Of a stretch of 64,000 nucleotides of DNA, positions 1-12,682 are shown piece after piece (position 1 is the stretch's first letter; every line of letters starts with the position of its first letter). This DNA is from Anthoceros angustus (Eukaryota > Plantae > Anthocerotophyta). Below the pieces are notes generated by a model. It worked only from the letters and a program-made list of their open reading frames with translations, was not told the origin of the DNA and did not search any database. Position numbers and translations under genes: made by a program. Location of the stretch: contig VJWM01000068.1 in NCBI GenBank assembly GCA_010909165.1, forward strand, positions 1,240,001 to 1,304,000, given 5' to 3'.

Positions 1-696
1 TATACAAGAACATAGAAGGACAATCCTCCAATATCAAACCAAACCAAACCTCCACCAGGCCATCCATCTCCACCAAGACAAAAAAAAAGTAACAAATAAA
101 AGAAAATCACCCACAAAGCTAAAGGAATTGAATATGCAACATGGAAACCGCAGAATCATCGTAAAAGTTTGCCTATAAGTAATCTCTCGACCAAAACAAC
201 ATAGGGCGAGAAGATCAAAGAGCCTCTAGACCCAAGCACTTGTTGCCAAATTTGACACAAAATCGCACGAGGTGCCTGATAAGGGCTGCCCAGGCCGCGC
301 AAAGAAGCGGCTCTTGAGCAGCGTTGAGCTAATAGCCATTGAGGCAGCACTGTCAACAACAGCTGATAGAGTTTGCAAAATTACATGCTTAGGTCGAGCA
401 ACCAAACTCATTCGCCACAACTGCAATGTTCATAACTTATAGTGGTTCAGAAAGACGTCAATCTCTCTGCATTGAAGTGAGGGATTAAATGAACAGCTCT
501 GAGTATGTTTAAGCATCTATCACCAGATATAGCCTGGAACCCGAAGACGACTGCTTCTATGCTTGGCTCCCGGGATCAGCTGGGCCCCTCTCGCCGCTTG
601 ACCTAACTGGCCCACGTAACAGCTGCTGAACAAGGTGTTTATGGCGTGTCTGCAGAGACAGGAATACAGGTATCTGGGATGAAGTTTCCATCTCTG

Positions 697-1966
697 TCAC
701 GGGGGTATGGTAACCTGGCATGCATCTTCCAGTTTACCACATTTTGCAAACATGTCCACCAGGCAGGTGCCCACCACTACGTTATCTAGCAGTCCTCTTT
801 CGACAATCTGTGAGTGCAGCTGCATGCCCTTCTGTAAGGCACCAGTGCTTGAATAGGCCTTCAAAAGGCAAGCAAAAGTAAAATGGTCAGCCAAAAGCAG
901 GTCCGCCTCCTCCATTTGTCCATACACAACAAGCGTCTCTTGGCCGAGCCCTTGCTGTGCATACCCAGCAATGAGGGCATTCCAACATCCTTTGTGTTCA
1001 TGCTGTCAAAAACCTGGCGGGCATCTTCCAGTTCACCACATTTCACATACATGTACACAAGGCAGTAACGGTTGCCCACCACTATGTCAGCTAGCAGTCC
1101 TCTTTCGACAATCTAGGAGTGCAGCTGCCTGCCCTTCTGTAAGGCTCCAGTGCTTCTACAGGCCTTCAGAAGGCAAGCAAAAGTAACATGGTTAGCCAAA
1201 AGCAAGCCCTCTTGCTGCATTTGTCCATACAAAGTAAGCGCCTCATGTCCAAGCCCTTGCTATGTGCACCCAGCAATCAGAGCATTCCATGTCACTACAT
1301 CCTTTCTGTTCATGCTGTCAAAAGCCTGGCGTGCATCTTTCAGTTCGCCACATTTGTCTTCTTCAATGAAAATTTTGCTGCCCCAACAGCTTTCTTGAGT
1401 GCCTTGTTTGCAATCTCATCCACTGGCAGTTGGCTCTGTGACTTTTGTTCCATATTGGATTATGGGGGTTGGAAATTATGCTTTACTGTCAATCCTGAGT
1501 CCATGTTTTCACTCTCAGCAGATTCTAGACAAGTTTTTATCCTCCCTGCTTCTCATGGTTTGCAAATTGGAACAAAGAGGGACAAGCAGACAGTTGATGA
1601 GACGACTAACAAGATCAACAACCTCCTGTTCAAGGTAGGGCTCTAGAGATTGTAAAAGTGGAGATGTGGCTGAGTCCATTGATGCCTTACAGCCAAGTTG
1701 TGTCGTATGCAAGCATGTCCAAGGCAGTTGCCAATAAACAAGTTAGTAGGAATGCCACTCTGCACCACATAACGGTGCAACTTACTGCCAGATTCCAAGT
1801 CGGCGGCAAATGCACAAGCTTGAAGGGCAGCTACAAAGACGTGAGCATCAGCCTTCACTCCTGACCTACGCATCTCATGGTACAGTTGTGTGGCCTCCTC
1901 AAGTTTCCCGTGCTTAGCATGTGCAGAGATTATGGAAAACCACATGAAGAAATCTGGTTTGCCCAC
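697..1966 (-). pseudogene. PLS-class pentatricopeptide repeat (PPR) gene, frameshifted and interrupted
   Basis: Repeated PPR motifs across frames: WFSIISAHAKHGKLEEATQLYHEM, FVAALQACA, FTFACLLKAYSS, VGTCLVDMFAKCGKLEDA, YVKCGELEDARQVFDSM. A foreign segment of about 350 bp (1356-1707) splits one motif. Confidence 0.9.
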
Positions 1967-3741
1967 CCTGGTGAACCCATGGCCTCCTCCAGCCTACCTC
2001 CACATGCATACATGCGCAAGATATGGTTTTCCAAGTATGCACTCGACTCGTACCCAAAGTTTGGCAGTGAGATCATGAACTCGACGCCCAACAACCAAAT
2101 CCTTCTTAGCTATACATAGTTTTAGTACAGTGTACAACAGAGACTGGGAAATGGCAGACTCTGTCTTCGCCAGCGATCCAACAGTATCAAAAGCTTCCCT
2201 GCTTACATAACGTGCTCACGATAACAAAAGTAACAACACCCATTGCCGATCTTGCACGCCTCCCAGGTTTAGGCTTATCCGGGAGCTGGACTCGGAAGGA
2301 GAGGCACCACGTCCCATCTGCAGATCCATGCACATGAGGTGCTCATCAACCCAAGCTAGCTTAAACATGGTGCTTAAGCACAGCACCTTGCCGGACCCCT
2401 TACGCCGGAAGTCGGGGAACGGGCGCTCTTCTTACCTCGTCCATTGCCCACCACAGGGTAGGGTCCAGAAAAAATTGCTGCCACAAGTGCTCCTGCTCCT
2501 GGCAACGACCGTAGCTGGAAAACTCGTCCCTACCCACACTTTCTCGGAAGTGGAAGTACTGGGCTCCTTACATTGATGCACCTGGAGGCTTTTCTTGCCA
2601 GGAGTCGACTCCCTAGGCTGAGGTTAGCAGGAGCTCCTCGTGGAATCCCTGTACACACACTAATTTGTTGGGTCCCGCCTGAAAGCCAACGACCTGCAAA
2701 GAGAAGAAAAGAAGCTTCACCTTTCGCTGTGGCCATCGTTCAGGGACCGCCGTCGGAGGTGCTTGGACAGGACTAGGCCGCTCACAAACGCATCCTCTCT
2801 ACGCGCACTAACCCACGGCCGCTACATCAGCCAGGCCAGGGTTGGTGGATTGACCTGGACGGTGAATGGCAGTGCATACAAAGTTGTTGAACAGTGGGCA
2901 GTTAAGCTGTGCTCATGACATGGGAAATTGCTGCAGAAAAGCAAGGCTGGACTGCAGAATTGGGCTGAATTTGCTCGTGAACCAATCTCATTGTGCAGTC
3001 CTTGCATTCTTGAGTTGATAGTGTGCCATGGGGACACTGTTGTGAGATGGAATTATGTTCTGCAGCTTGTCTTCGTGGAACCCAAGCTGTGGCGGCCCAA
3101 TGGGGTTGGTGCGCAAATCTATATCAAGTTGACATTCTGGTGGAGGTTCGTGACTTTGGAGTGTCTGACTCTTGGAGTGGTCGGCATGGCTTCCGACAAA
3201 TACATAGCTACATAAACCTCCTCAACGGTGAAAGGTGTTGTCACTCCTCAGAACTAAAGGAGCAACATTTAGGGGTTCTTCGGGTTAAAATTTCATGTTG
3301 TACACTGTCTGGCGTTTGAGATCCAATGGGTGATTGTGTGACCACAAGAACCCGATTTGGGCATCCAATTCGCCTCACTCTACCTGGGGCCACTACTACG
3401 TCCAGATCCAACTCGACAGCAATCTGGTGATCTACAACGATGCCGGCACGGCCATCTGGGCCTCCCAGACCAACTGGTATTAGCAAGAACCTGGAATCGG
3501 CCTGCTCAGCCTAATAGCCCATAGGAAGGTGTACACTTCCTCTACACTTCCAAACTTCCACTTCTGAATCAGTTCTTTCATCAGCATATACTCATCCGCA
3601 TACACCCCTATCCGACTACCAAGCACTCACAGATTTTGCACCACCACTATTATTTGCCTACTCCGGCGTCCGCCATCGCTCCCTCCCGCATCCTCCCGCA
3701 ATCCCTCCCTCCCAAATCCTCGAACGCCCTCCCCCCCGTCG
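1916..3741. repeat. Segmental duplication, near-identical to 62206-64000
   Basis: Both copies begin AGCATGTGCAGAGATTATGGAAAACC and give the same ORF translations (e.g. 2928..3215 and 63194..63481). Confidence 0.97.
3186..3483 (+). pseudogene. Bulb-type (GNA-like) mannose-binding lectin remnant
   Basis: 3349-3483 translates NPIWASNSPHSTWGHYYVQIQLDSNLVIYNDAGTAIWASQTNWY*, with the QxDxNxVxY motif (QLDSNLVIY) and two IWAS repeats. The upstream part has stops and frameshifts. Confidence 0.8.
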
Positions 3742-3848
3742 CTCAAAAGCTTCCCAGGGGAATTGAATAGTCCACTTCGTGAACCCTTTTCTTTGTAGCT
3801 TATGCCGGGTGAGAGGGATTGATTAGGCCACTTGGTCAACCCTTATTT

Positions 3849-5267
3849 TTACAGCTTGAAGTGCCGGGTGAGATGTCCCCGGCCCTGGATTCCCAATGGC
3901 ACGATTAGCTTATAGTACTCTTGGGATTTGAATGTTCGATAGCGCCGGGGATGCTCTGAGTCGACCAGTTGAGGAGATATGACGATGTCCGTGTCGTCGT
4001 GCGGGTTGAAAAACTGGGCTATGGACAGCCTCGCACTCCTGTCGTTGGTAACCACCCGGTGTTCGGCACTCAAGTACCTGTTGTTACTCCACAGCTGTAT
4101 CCAGGATGAATTGATGAGACATGAATCTGATAGACAATAGGTAGCCTCCTTGCAGGAAGTGGTTAAAGACAAGGGGACACACCTGCAGCATGTCGCCTGC
4201 GTTGACGACGAAGGCACCAGGGATGGGCTGCACTCCCAGCCATTGCTGGCCATCTTTGCTGAGAATCTGTAGCCCCCACAGTATCCTGGTGGAGAAGGGT
4301 GACCACGCCAGGGTCGATGTGGCCTGGCACTCTAAGGCTAGATCGGGACGAGGGCACCTGGGATAGTAGTTCAACCGGGTAAAGTACCTGGGCCATTCAC
4401 TCAAGGACGACCTGCTTGTGAATTCCCCTGCGAAGTAGTCCTTGTGCAGCCCCAGGCTCTCAGCCACCAGCTCCATGACCTTCAACACCAGGACTTCCCC
4501 GTGCTTGCCGTATTCCGCGAGCAGAGCACTGTGCTCATCGCATTGCAACGAGAAGCCAAGGGATTGGCGTGAGCACCACGTCAACGGACGCATGCTATTC
4601 GATTTGGATGAGCATTGGAGGCGTGTCCGTAAGTACCTGATCTGCTCCTTAGTGAGGCCCCCGAAGCCCGCGCGGGACAGCGACTCGGCCCAGGCATCCA
4701 GCGTGCTGACCTGATGGTGGGAGGGCAGCCCCAATCCTCGTGCCACCTGAAGGCGGGATAGTGCGGGATGATCTTGGTCAAGGAGGTGTAGCCAAACGGC
4801 GAGTTAGGTTGAGACGCCGCTATCTCCTTCATCTGGTCAGCCACCATTCCTGGCCTGGTCCACATTGAGAGCTTCCACACCGCAGCTGCGGGCTACCGAG
4901 AGCCAAATTTGGACCGCAGACGTCAGCACGTACTCACCTCAGTGGGCTGCTGGAAGAAGGCGTGACTTGCCTTGGAGATCTGCTCCACCACCTCCATCGG
5001 GAATCCGTGGTTCACTACCTGGAAGAAGCCATACTCCTCGCACCCCGCCTTCACCTTAGCCAGAATAGTCTGCTTCTGCGCCAGCAGCGCTTCCACATCC
5101 CCCTTGCCCTCCGCAGAGAGCTCCTCCAGCTGGAAGGCAGGAGCCAGGTCGACGACCGGCAGGTCGACCTGGAAGACATCGTGCTTGATGCTCGGCCTAA
5201 CCCCTTCGGGCCAGACATGAGACTCAGGCATGGCGCCCGCAGCAATAACAGCGTCGACCGTCCCCAT
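3849..5267 (-). CDS. 2-oxoglutarate/Fe(II)-dependent dioxygenase (DOXC class), multi-exon, with frameshifts
   Basis: DIOX_N motifs MPESHVWP, LPVVDL and CEEYGFFQVVNHG; RLNYYPRCPRPDL; iron ligands HID and AEHRV; 2OG-binding RLS in ARLSIAQFFNP. A GTGAG donor lies at 4937. Confidence 0.93.
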
Positions 5268-5639
5268 TGCCCGCCAGCGGACTATCTCACGTCTGCCCGG
5301 GCCTCGGCTTGCGCCTCTGCGGCTGCGGCTGCTGCTGCTTCCAACAGGCAGATCGATGTTCCCCGAGGGCGAATCCAAGATGTGACAACGTCCCTCGAAC
5401 TGCACAGGAGACGGCGTGAGCTATATATATACACATCTTGTATCGTCACGGCGAGCACGCGCGAGTCGTGGGGGCCTTGAGACGCAACAAACGTCTCCAT
5501 GGCGTGTGGTTCACGATATGTACTTTGCAAATGGCTTGCCACGTGCTTGCTTGCTTCATGTTGCTTTCTCACCGCACACGACAAGCTCTCTGCGAAGCGC
5601 CAGAATATCCAAATACTAGCACCGCGCCTTTTGAGAGCC

Positions 5640-6757
5640 AGCCGGAGATCGAAGCGGGGTCCAACTTCCTTCAACTCTTGAAGCTTCCCAGCAGACTGTT
5701 CAAAAACATGGTGCCTGAAAAAACAGCGTCACAGAAGCCAAAATAAATTCACACACCACCGTGCACAACACAGGATGCTCACACACTCTGCGTTTGCTGA
5801 AATCGGTCTCACCTGAAAGAGATGTCATCAGATCGGTTGACGAACGAAATCGTTCTCTTGGAATCTGGCCTCGGTGCTGGGAAAAGATGCTTGAGAATTG
5901 TTGCTGTCCTCTGCCCTAGCTGCAAACATTTCCACCACAAATTAGATGCACAACCCTATCACCAACGTGGTACAAAAGCAGTGGCAACCAACCCCACTCA
6001 AGAACAATTGGGCACTGAAACCAGAAGACACCAGGCCCAGAATCTAACGCAAAGCAGCATGTCTACCTTGGTACTAAAGTTCTCAAGTATAAGATGGGGA
6101 TAAGCTTCTGAAACTGTGCCCAGAGATTCAGTTTTACTCCTCTCATGCCTTATCACCTGCACAAGATCGGATAACGCTAAGTATGTGACGGTTGCCGGAA
6201 TTGCATGCTTCATCTTTCACACCTGCGAGGCTCCGCGTGACCAACCAAAAGAAAATTTGCTACTCACCACATTCATGAGGCCAAAATAAGCTGTTGGGCC
6301 ATAAGGCAAGTGACAGATAACAACGCCATCAGGTTTCCCTCGATGCTCATGAACCATCACAATATCAGTGAAGTCATTTGCTCTGGATGCCTTGACAATT
6401 TCTGAGATGACCTAAAACACGACCAAGATCAGCACGGTTGATGACCGATACCATCAATCGGGGACGAGACAGACGAGAAGGATGGAGAAGTTTGCAACTT
6501 ACCTGACCTCCACGGTTTATCCTTTGTGCATTTGGCAACACTATCTTGAGCTCCTACAGCGCACAAGAACGCCACCGTTGGAAACCTGGCACAGGACTTT
6601 TTTACCACATCCAGGCAGAGAAACAAACTTTCACTCGGGTACACACCTTCACGAATTGGGTGAGCGTACTGCTGGGATCCCTAGACGTGGTGAGCAGGAT
6701 TTTGGGATCCTTGTCTCCTGCGTGCGCATACTCGTCGTCGATGCCGGTCGCCATCTC
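5640..6757 (-). pseudogene. IMP4: U3 snoRNP protein IMP4 (Brix domain), spliced internal fragment lacking both termini
   Basis: GT-AG-bounded exons translate IDDEYAHAGDKDPKILLTTSRDPSSTLTQFVK / ELKIVLPNAQRINRGGQ / VISEIVKASRANDFTDIVMVHEHRGKPDGVVICHLPYGPTAYFGLMNV / GTVSEAYPHLILENFSTK / ILKHLFPAPRPDSKRTISFVNRSDDISFR / HHVFEQ..LKEVGPRFDLRL. Similarity stops abruptly after FDLRL. Confidence 0.9.
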
Positions 6758-6998
6758 TAGGAAATTCACGAAAATACAAACCCTCAGGGTCGCAGGCTAG
6801 TGAGCCCTAGTGGTGCATTCAGAGTTTCAGACCTGCCTCGCAGCTAATGCTAGGTTTGCAACTCAATGGTCAATCGGTTCTATGCTGAGTGGAATTTTAT
6901 TGAAATAGGTATAGAAAGGTGGGTGATCCCATCCACCTCAAAACCTTAAACCCCTTTGAAGGAAGAAGGTTTTAAATAGGACTCTCAGTACACTGTAT

Positions 6999-7333
6999 GG
7001 TAGGTAGGAACACTAGGTGTACATATATAGTCTTTGAGCTTGGCATAATCTCAGAAATTTGAAATTCCCAGAGTGAATGACTAGAAATGTGCATGGCTAA
7101 CATACATTCGTAGAATTAGGATGGAGGGAGAAGTTGAAGCCAACTTCGTTCGAATTGTTCAAGCCAAGAGAATATTCAATGTGGTGTAACGTTGGAGCCA
7201 CATAACAAACACACGTATGCGATGCCATATCATCTAAGAGTGTAGTGTTTTGCATAGGTATTCAGAAGGCCAGCAAAAGTAATTGGTCAGCCAGGGTGAG
7301 GCCCTCCTGTTCCATTTGTCTATTCAGGGCATT
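6999..7333. repeat. Direct repeat of about 330 bp; second copy at 8577-8909
   Basis: TAGGTAGGAACACTAGGTGTACATATATAGTCTTTGAGC...TTCAGGGCATTC occurs on both sides of the 7334-8576 insert. Confidence 0.9.
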
Positions 7334-8576
7334 CCCCATCGTGCATGTGGTGTGCGTGCCAAACAAGGTAGCCAACCAAGTCAATGCCTAAGGATGCAAA
7401 CTCTGCAAAGGTTCCTCCCTCTCGCCGCTTCTCCAATGAAACCAAACACGAGTGCGTGAAGAAAACCCGTTCAAACCCAGCAGTACATTTGTCAACCATG
7501 CGTAGAGATGCAGGCATGCAGGCCTTGGTCGACTGCAAAGCCTGGATGCTTGCCCTAGGCCATGCAGTCAAGGGCTTACACAATACATCCCACCAACAAC
7601 AAACCCACAACTGGCGCATGCTGCCATTCAACAAAACGAACATAGTCCGCGCTCACACCTCATGGTGGGAGCGCTCATAAACAAAAAACACTTCTCCCTT
7701 CTCGGTCAGGAAGAGCGAGGCGCCATCCTCCTGTGCCGGAACGGCTCACAGGCGGGCGACTTGGATTCGCCGTGCATGCTGATGGGGGCGAATGTGCTGA
7801 GGACCGGGGAGGTGCCAGTTGTGTCATGGCGGGGCTAGGTGTGGCTCTGTCCTTGTGAGCCGAGGCGAGGTGCATCCCGGCAATGGGAAGGAGGAGGCCG
7901 GATAAGGCGTGGCGGGGGGCAGTGCGAGAGGAGGCCCACCGGCATTACTGTAGTAGGGCCAGATGCCATGGAGGATGCGGCCATGGCTGCGTTCATGTAC
8001 TCCATGAACGCAGCCGCTGTGGTATTTCCCCCTGGCTGCGTGGTACGCCCGGTCGTGGGGGTCCTGTCCATGACTCCCTCCATGTCGGTGCAGTGAACCC
8101 TGAGGTTGCGCACCTTCTCCTCCACTTCAAGCAGGAGCGCCGGTCATGGCTGCGTCGATTGCAACTGTAGTGGACTTTGTGGATGCTACCATACCCTAGA
8201 GCTTCATTGGAGCTGGAGCCTCCTCCTTGTTGCGGCCTTGGGAGGTGGCCCCCTCCTCGCTGGTGCTGGCCCCATTCACGCCTTGTGGCCGCAACACCAG
8301 AGTTGGCCCCTCCGGCACTCTCCCCCCGGCATCTTCGTCTTTGGCTGCCAACGCCCGCCTTGACTATTCGGTCTGCCATCCCCTCAGTTCAGCAAACCTA
8401 AAAAGAATCTTGACACACTACTTGACGACATCGGTACACGAGAGGCAGCACCCCCGGCCGATGTCGTCAAGTTTTAGACATAAAAAGTTTTCCTGCTGTA
8501 TGCGCGGGCGGGAAAACTTCTTTTTGTCACCCTGGAAAAAAACCCTTGGTGGCTCCTTGACGAGATCGGTATTCCA
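7334..8576. mobile_element. Unclassified 1.2-kb insertion, probably a TE fragment
   Basis: Absent from the paralogous copy near 56840. Contains a 15-bp inverted repeat ACTTGACGACATCGG/CCGATGTCGTCAAGT (about 8419-8472) and a related copy near 8556. Confidence 0.5.
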
Positions 8577-8829
8577 TAGGTAGGAACACTAGGTGTACAT
8601 ATATAGTCTTTGAGCTCATAATCTCAAAAAATTGAAATTCCGAGAGTAAATGACTAGAAATGTGATGGCTAACATACATTCGTAGAATTAGGATGGAGGG
8701 AGAAGTTGAAGCCAACTTCGTTCACGAATTGTTGAAGCCAAGAGAATATTTAAGGTTGGAGCCACATAACAAACACAGTGCACAGTGCAGATGCCATATC
8801 ACTGCTGTCTAAGAGTGTAGTGTTTTGCA

Positions 8830-9470
8830 CTGGTATTCAGAAGACCAGCAAAAGTGATTGGTCAGCCAGGGTGAAGCGCTCCTGTTCCATTTGTCCATTC
8901 AGGGCATTCTATGTCAATCCTCCTTCACGTTCTTATAAATGTGTGTCCAAATGGCTTAGGCCAAATGGACACACATCTATAAGAACGTCGTGATTAAGCA
9001 TCTTGCGCCTAGATCGGTGGTACTTAAATGGTGCTTAAAGGGAGTGGATGCCCTTAGTGCATGTAGCTTAGGCACACCCTGGTACAAGTTGTGAAGTACC
9101 AAGTCCCATGACGGAAATCCGTCCTTAGTGGACTTCAATAAAATTCTTCTTCTTCTTCTTCTCCTGAGTGTGCAGCTGCCTGCCCTACTGCAGGGCACCA
9201 CACTTTTTGTGGCCAAACTGTGATAAACCCTGCAGGCTTCTTCAGTCCCCCACATTTTGCATACATGCACACCAGGCAAATGCCAACAAGAAGTTACGAG
9301 GAATGCCATTGTTGAACACATTCCAGTGCACTCATTGTTGAACACATTCCAGTACACTCTCCTGCCAGATTCCGAGGTGGCGGCAAATGCACAACCCTGG
9401 ATGGCAGCTACCAAGACGCAGCATCCGCCTTCGCACCTGTCTTGGACATCTCATGCCACAGTTGTGCCTA
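8830..9470 (-). pseudogene. PPR gene fragment
   Basis: VAAIQGCAFAATSESGRRV and a frameshifted CLVCMYAKCG.EEACRV; disrupted by (TTC)n-tailed insertions. Confidence 0.75.
8928..9163 (+). mobile_element. Short non-LTR retroposon 3' end with AATAAA and (TTC)n tail
   Basis: Ends GACTTCAATAAAATTCTTCTTCTTCTTCTTCT. The last ~55 nt are the reverse complement of 9473-9526. Absent from the paralogous copy. Confidence 0.6.
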
Positions 9471-9472
9471 TG

Positions 9473-9590
9473 CAGAAGAAGAAGAAGAATTTTATGGAAG
9501 TCCACTAAGGACGGATTTCCGTCATGGAACACACATATGCAGAGATCATGGAGAACCACATGGAGGAATCTGGTAGCATCGCTGAAAAGG
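9473..9590 (-). mobile_element. Second (TTC)n-tailed retroposon end in the opposite orientation (also at about 57196-57330)
   Basis: (AGA)n followed by ATTTTAT.GAAGTCCACTAAGGACGGATTTCCGTCATGG. The 5' boundary is uncertain. Confidence 0.55.
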
Positions 9591-9975
9591 AAGGTAATTG
9601 GAGGATCATTGAATGGCGGATCTTTGCAGAAGATGAAGGTTGCATAGCTATGATTTATTGCCGAAGGAGTGGACAGGCAAGCGGAACATGACTGTACTGG
9701 CACAATATGTGCATCTGCAAACCAAGAGATGGTTCCCATTTGCAACTGACTCGTACCAAGTTTGACAGTGAGCACACTCAAATGCTGCTAAAGCATACAC
9801 TCCTTGTCCAGGCTCGGTGCCGCTGATTGCCTGCGGCTGAATTCCAGCCCTTCCAGTCCAGCCCCAGCCCTTCCAGCCTTACTGATTGGACGAGAGATGT
9901 CCCGTCTTCCATCAATCCTGTTATCCCTCTCAAGCCATCAGGGCCATTCCTACATGTATCATTCATGGCACCAGC

Positions 9976-12157
9976 CTAACCTTTGGGCATCCCTACACAG
10001 AAGAGACTGACGAGCTTTGCAACCGGGTCATCTCCAGTGACTCGGCGGGCTTTATAGTTTGCTGGGGACTCCAATCGTTATCTGCTGTGTAAACCGCAAC
10101 TGGTCTACATCTTGGGAGCGAAGGTAGTTCAACATCTTGGTTCAAGATCTGCTGCACGCGCCTAGTAGAAGGCCTCAAGCTGGGATCCGGGTGGGTGCAC
10201 ATCAAGCCGACATGTAGCACACAGGTTAGGTCCCTAGGATCAAACTTTCCCGCCAGTACTGGATCCACACCCAGAAGGTTGCCAGCTTCTAGCATCTGCT
10301 ACACCCAGTCCAGTAGCTGGACTCCTGGTTGGGGATTAGGTCTCCTGCCGCTGGCCACCTCCAGCAACAAAACCCCAAAGCTGAAAAGATCCGACTTGGC
10401 CGTGGCCTGCCCAGATAGGCAAGCTCCGGCGGCATGTAGCCAAAGGTCCCAGCTAAGCAGTGAGCGCGAGGCCCGTGGCGAAGGTCTCCTCCACCAGGCG
10501 GACAAGCCGAAGTCTCCCAGCCGGGCTTCCATTTTGGAATCCAGCAGCACGTTGGCCGGCTTGATGTCCCTGTGCAGAATGCACTTCCTCCACTCCGTGT
10601 GGATGTAGACTAAAGCCGTTGCAATCCCTCGGACAATGTGAAATCTGTCTGTCCAGGATAGCACCTGCTGCCTGGAGTGGAGGTGACGATCCAGGCTGAG
10701 GTTAGGCATGTAGTCGTACACGAGCAGGAGCTCGTCCCGCTCCTGGCACCAGCCATGGAGATGCACAAGGTTCCTGTGCCTGAGCTGCCCCAAGATCTTG
10801 AGCTCCGCACGGAACTCCTTGGATCCCTGCTTTGAATCCTGCGCGATCCTTTTGATGGCTAACTCGACATCTGAGTCTCCGATCCGCATTACCCCCCGGT
10901 ACACAGTCCCGAACCCGCCTTTCCCGAGGATCTGTGATTTGCTGAACCTAGAGTCGCCTTCCAGCTCCTGGTAGGTGAATGTGCGAGTCCAGTGGGTGAT
11001 ATCTGCATCCTCCACGGAAGAAGTGCCTGACGGGTCGGAGCTCCTGGCTGTGACGATGTTGATGCTTTGTCCGTGATGCGAGCACTGAGGGACTTCTGGG
11101 CCATCCTTCCCGGAAGATCCCCCACATCTGCACAAAAGAAGCAGCCAAGGCCGCAGCCAAGAGCAACTACCAGCAAAGCTGCTCCAGTTGCAACCCCTGC
11201 AACCAGGCCAGTGCTGTTTCTTGACTGCCTGAGGCTCAGGCCAGGGCGCAGCGGTTGGAGGTGGGGGTGGGGGTGAGGGTGCGGTGCAGGCGGGGGTGGT
11301 TGTGGCAGGCCACTGGTGGAGAAGTTCCACTCATAGATGTAGGTGTTCTGATTTCCGTATCCTGTGCTGGCCGTGAATCCGACATAGGAATACTCTTGAA
11401 CGATGCTGGAGACGTTCAAGCTGCTGTAATTAAGCACAAGAAAAGCACCAGATTTCTGATTTCCGATGGCATACGCTGACATGTACACCCACAGCGTCTG
11501 CGCGTCCGCAGAATAGTCGATCCAAACTGAAAAGGTAGGACCATCTGTCCCTGATTCGTCAGGGAGCGTAATGTTGTAGTCGTGCAGGTTGGTCGTCGTG
11601 GCAGAAGCAATGCTGTTGATGTCCAGCCCCACGTGGTTCGAATCGTTCGGGGGATCCCATTCATTGCAATAGTCGTCGAACTCCACGGCCAAGACTTGAA
11701 AAGCGGAATTCGCGGGAGGGTTGGAACGGGAGTTGTTAAGGAGACCGAGACCACCGCCGGAGCTGTTATCAGGCACCTCGTAGCTAGGAGCGATGATAAA
11801 GGTCATCCCATCTGCCGGGTAGCCAGATCTCGGAACTTTCATGGCGAAGGTGAAGGAGACGTTGAAGGAAGCTTCCACACCAGTGGCCGCATCATAGAAC
11901 TGCACAGGCTCGCCATGCACTGCTCTGGACTGACCTTTATTCATCGTGGCGTTGCCCGAATTCACATCGAGGTGCAAAGCGCCTGACTCCAGTCTGCAGT
12001 CGCCTTCCAGCCGCATCACACCGTTCGCTGAATCTGTGAAGTTGCGAGAGAAGGAAAAGTACACATTCCCCGAGCTCACATTCTGCGCACGGCAGCTCAA
12101 CATCACGGCCAGCAGAGGAAGCACAAGGGCGCACATGCTGTGCAGCTGGGGCAACAT
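9976..12157 (-). CDS. L-type (legume) lectin receptor-like kinase, intronless, several frameshifts
   Basis: Signal peptide; lectin motifs SFNVSFTF, ADGMTFIIAP, LAVEFDD, NHVGLDINS and YVGFTASTG; Pro-rich stalk; TM helix; kinase motifs LGKGGFGTVYRG, AIKR, HRNLV, HRDIKPANVLLD, LGDFG, KSDLFSFGVLLLEVASGRRP and GLMCTHPDP..RPS. Confidence 0.95.
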
Positions 12158-12682
12158 CTCGTCTTTGTCTAGCAGGCCAGGGCCCGATACCTCCCAAGCT
12201 GCTCGCAAGGTGTGCTCAGTGAAAGCCTTCGGGATCGGACATGGAGCGAGGAAGGAAGGAAGGAGGCAACGAAGGCCCCCCGCGGCGAGGTCCGACTCCT
12301 ACCCCAAACTCAGGGTTCCGGTGCAGCCCTGAGGCATACACCACATCTCTACTGGAGGTCAGTCCTGGTGGACGCTGCCACCACGCTGACGCGACCTTCC
12401 AGTGATCCTCATCCAGCCACTCGCTTCCCTGATGACGTCTTCAGCTTCAGCCCCACGCTTGACGTGCGTCCGCGCCGCGTCCGGTATCCCTGACAACATC
12501 GTGTTTCCAGCAGAAAGCACTAACGCAGCAGTCAAATGGCAGCGAAAATCAGTAAAAGATGACATTCTATACACAGTTCCAGTTGTGTGTCGACCAAAGC
12601 CGGGACCCTCTGGCGCAATTCTGTACTGGTCCGCTCGCGAACTTCAAAAACGGTGACCGAGTCGTGTTGTTCCTTCATCCGC

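Noticed and set aside
1-690. Possible LINE 3' end on the minus strand
   Set aside because: Composition is suggestive but no RT or zinc-finger motif is recognisable.
9976-12157. Calling the LecRK and dioxygenase genes pseudogenes, or invoking programmed frameshifting
   Set aside because: LecRK frameshifts differ between near-identical paralogues and indels are pervasive, so sequencing error cannot be excluded.
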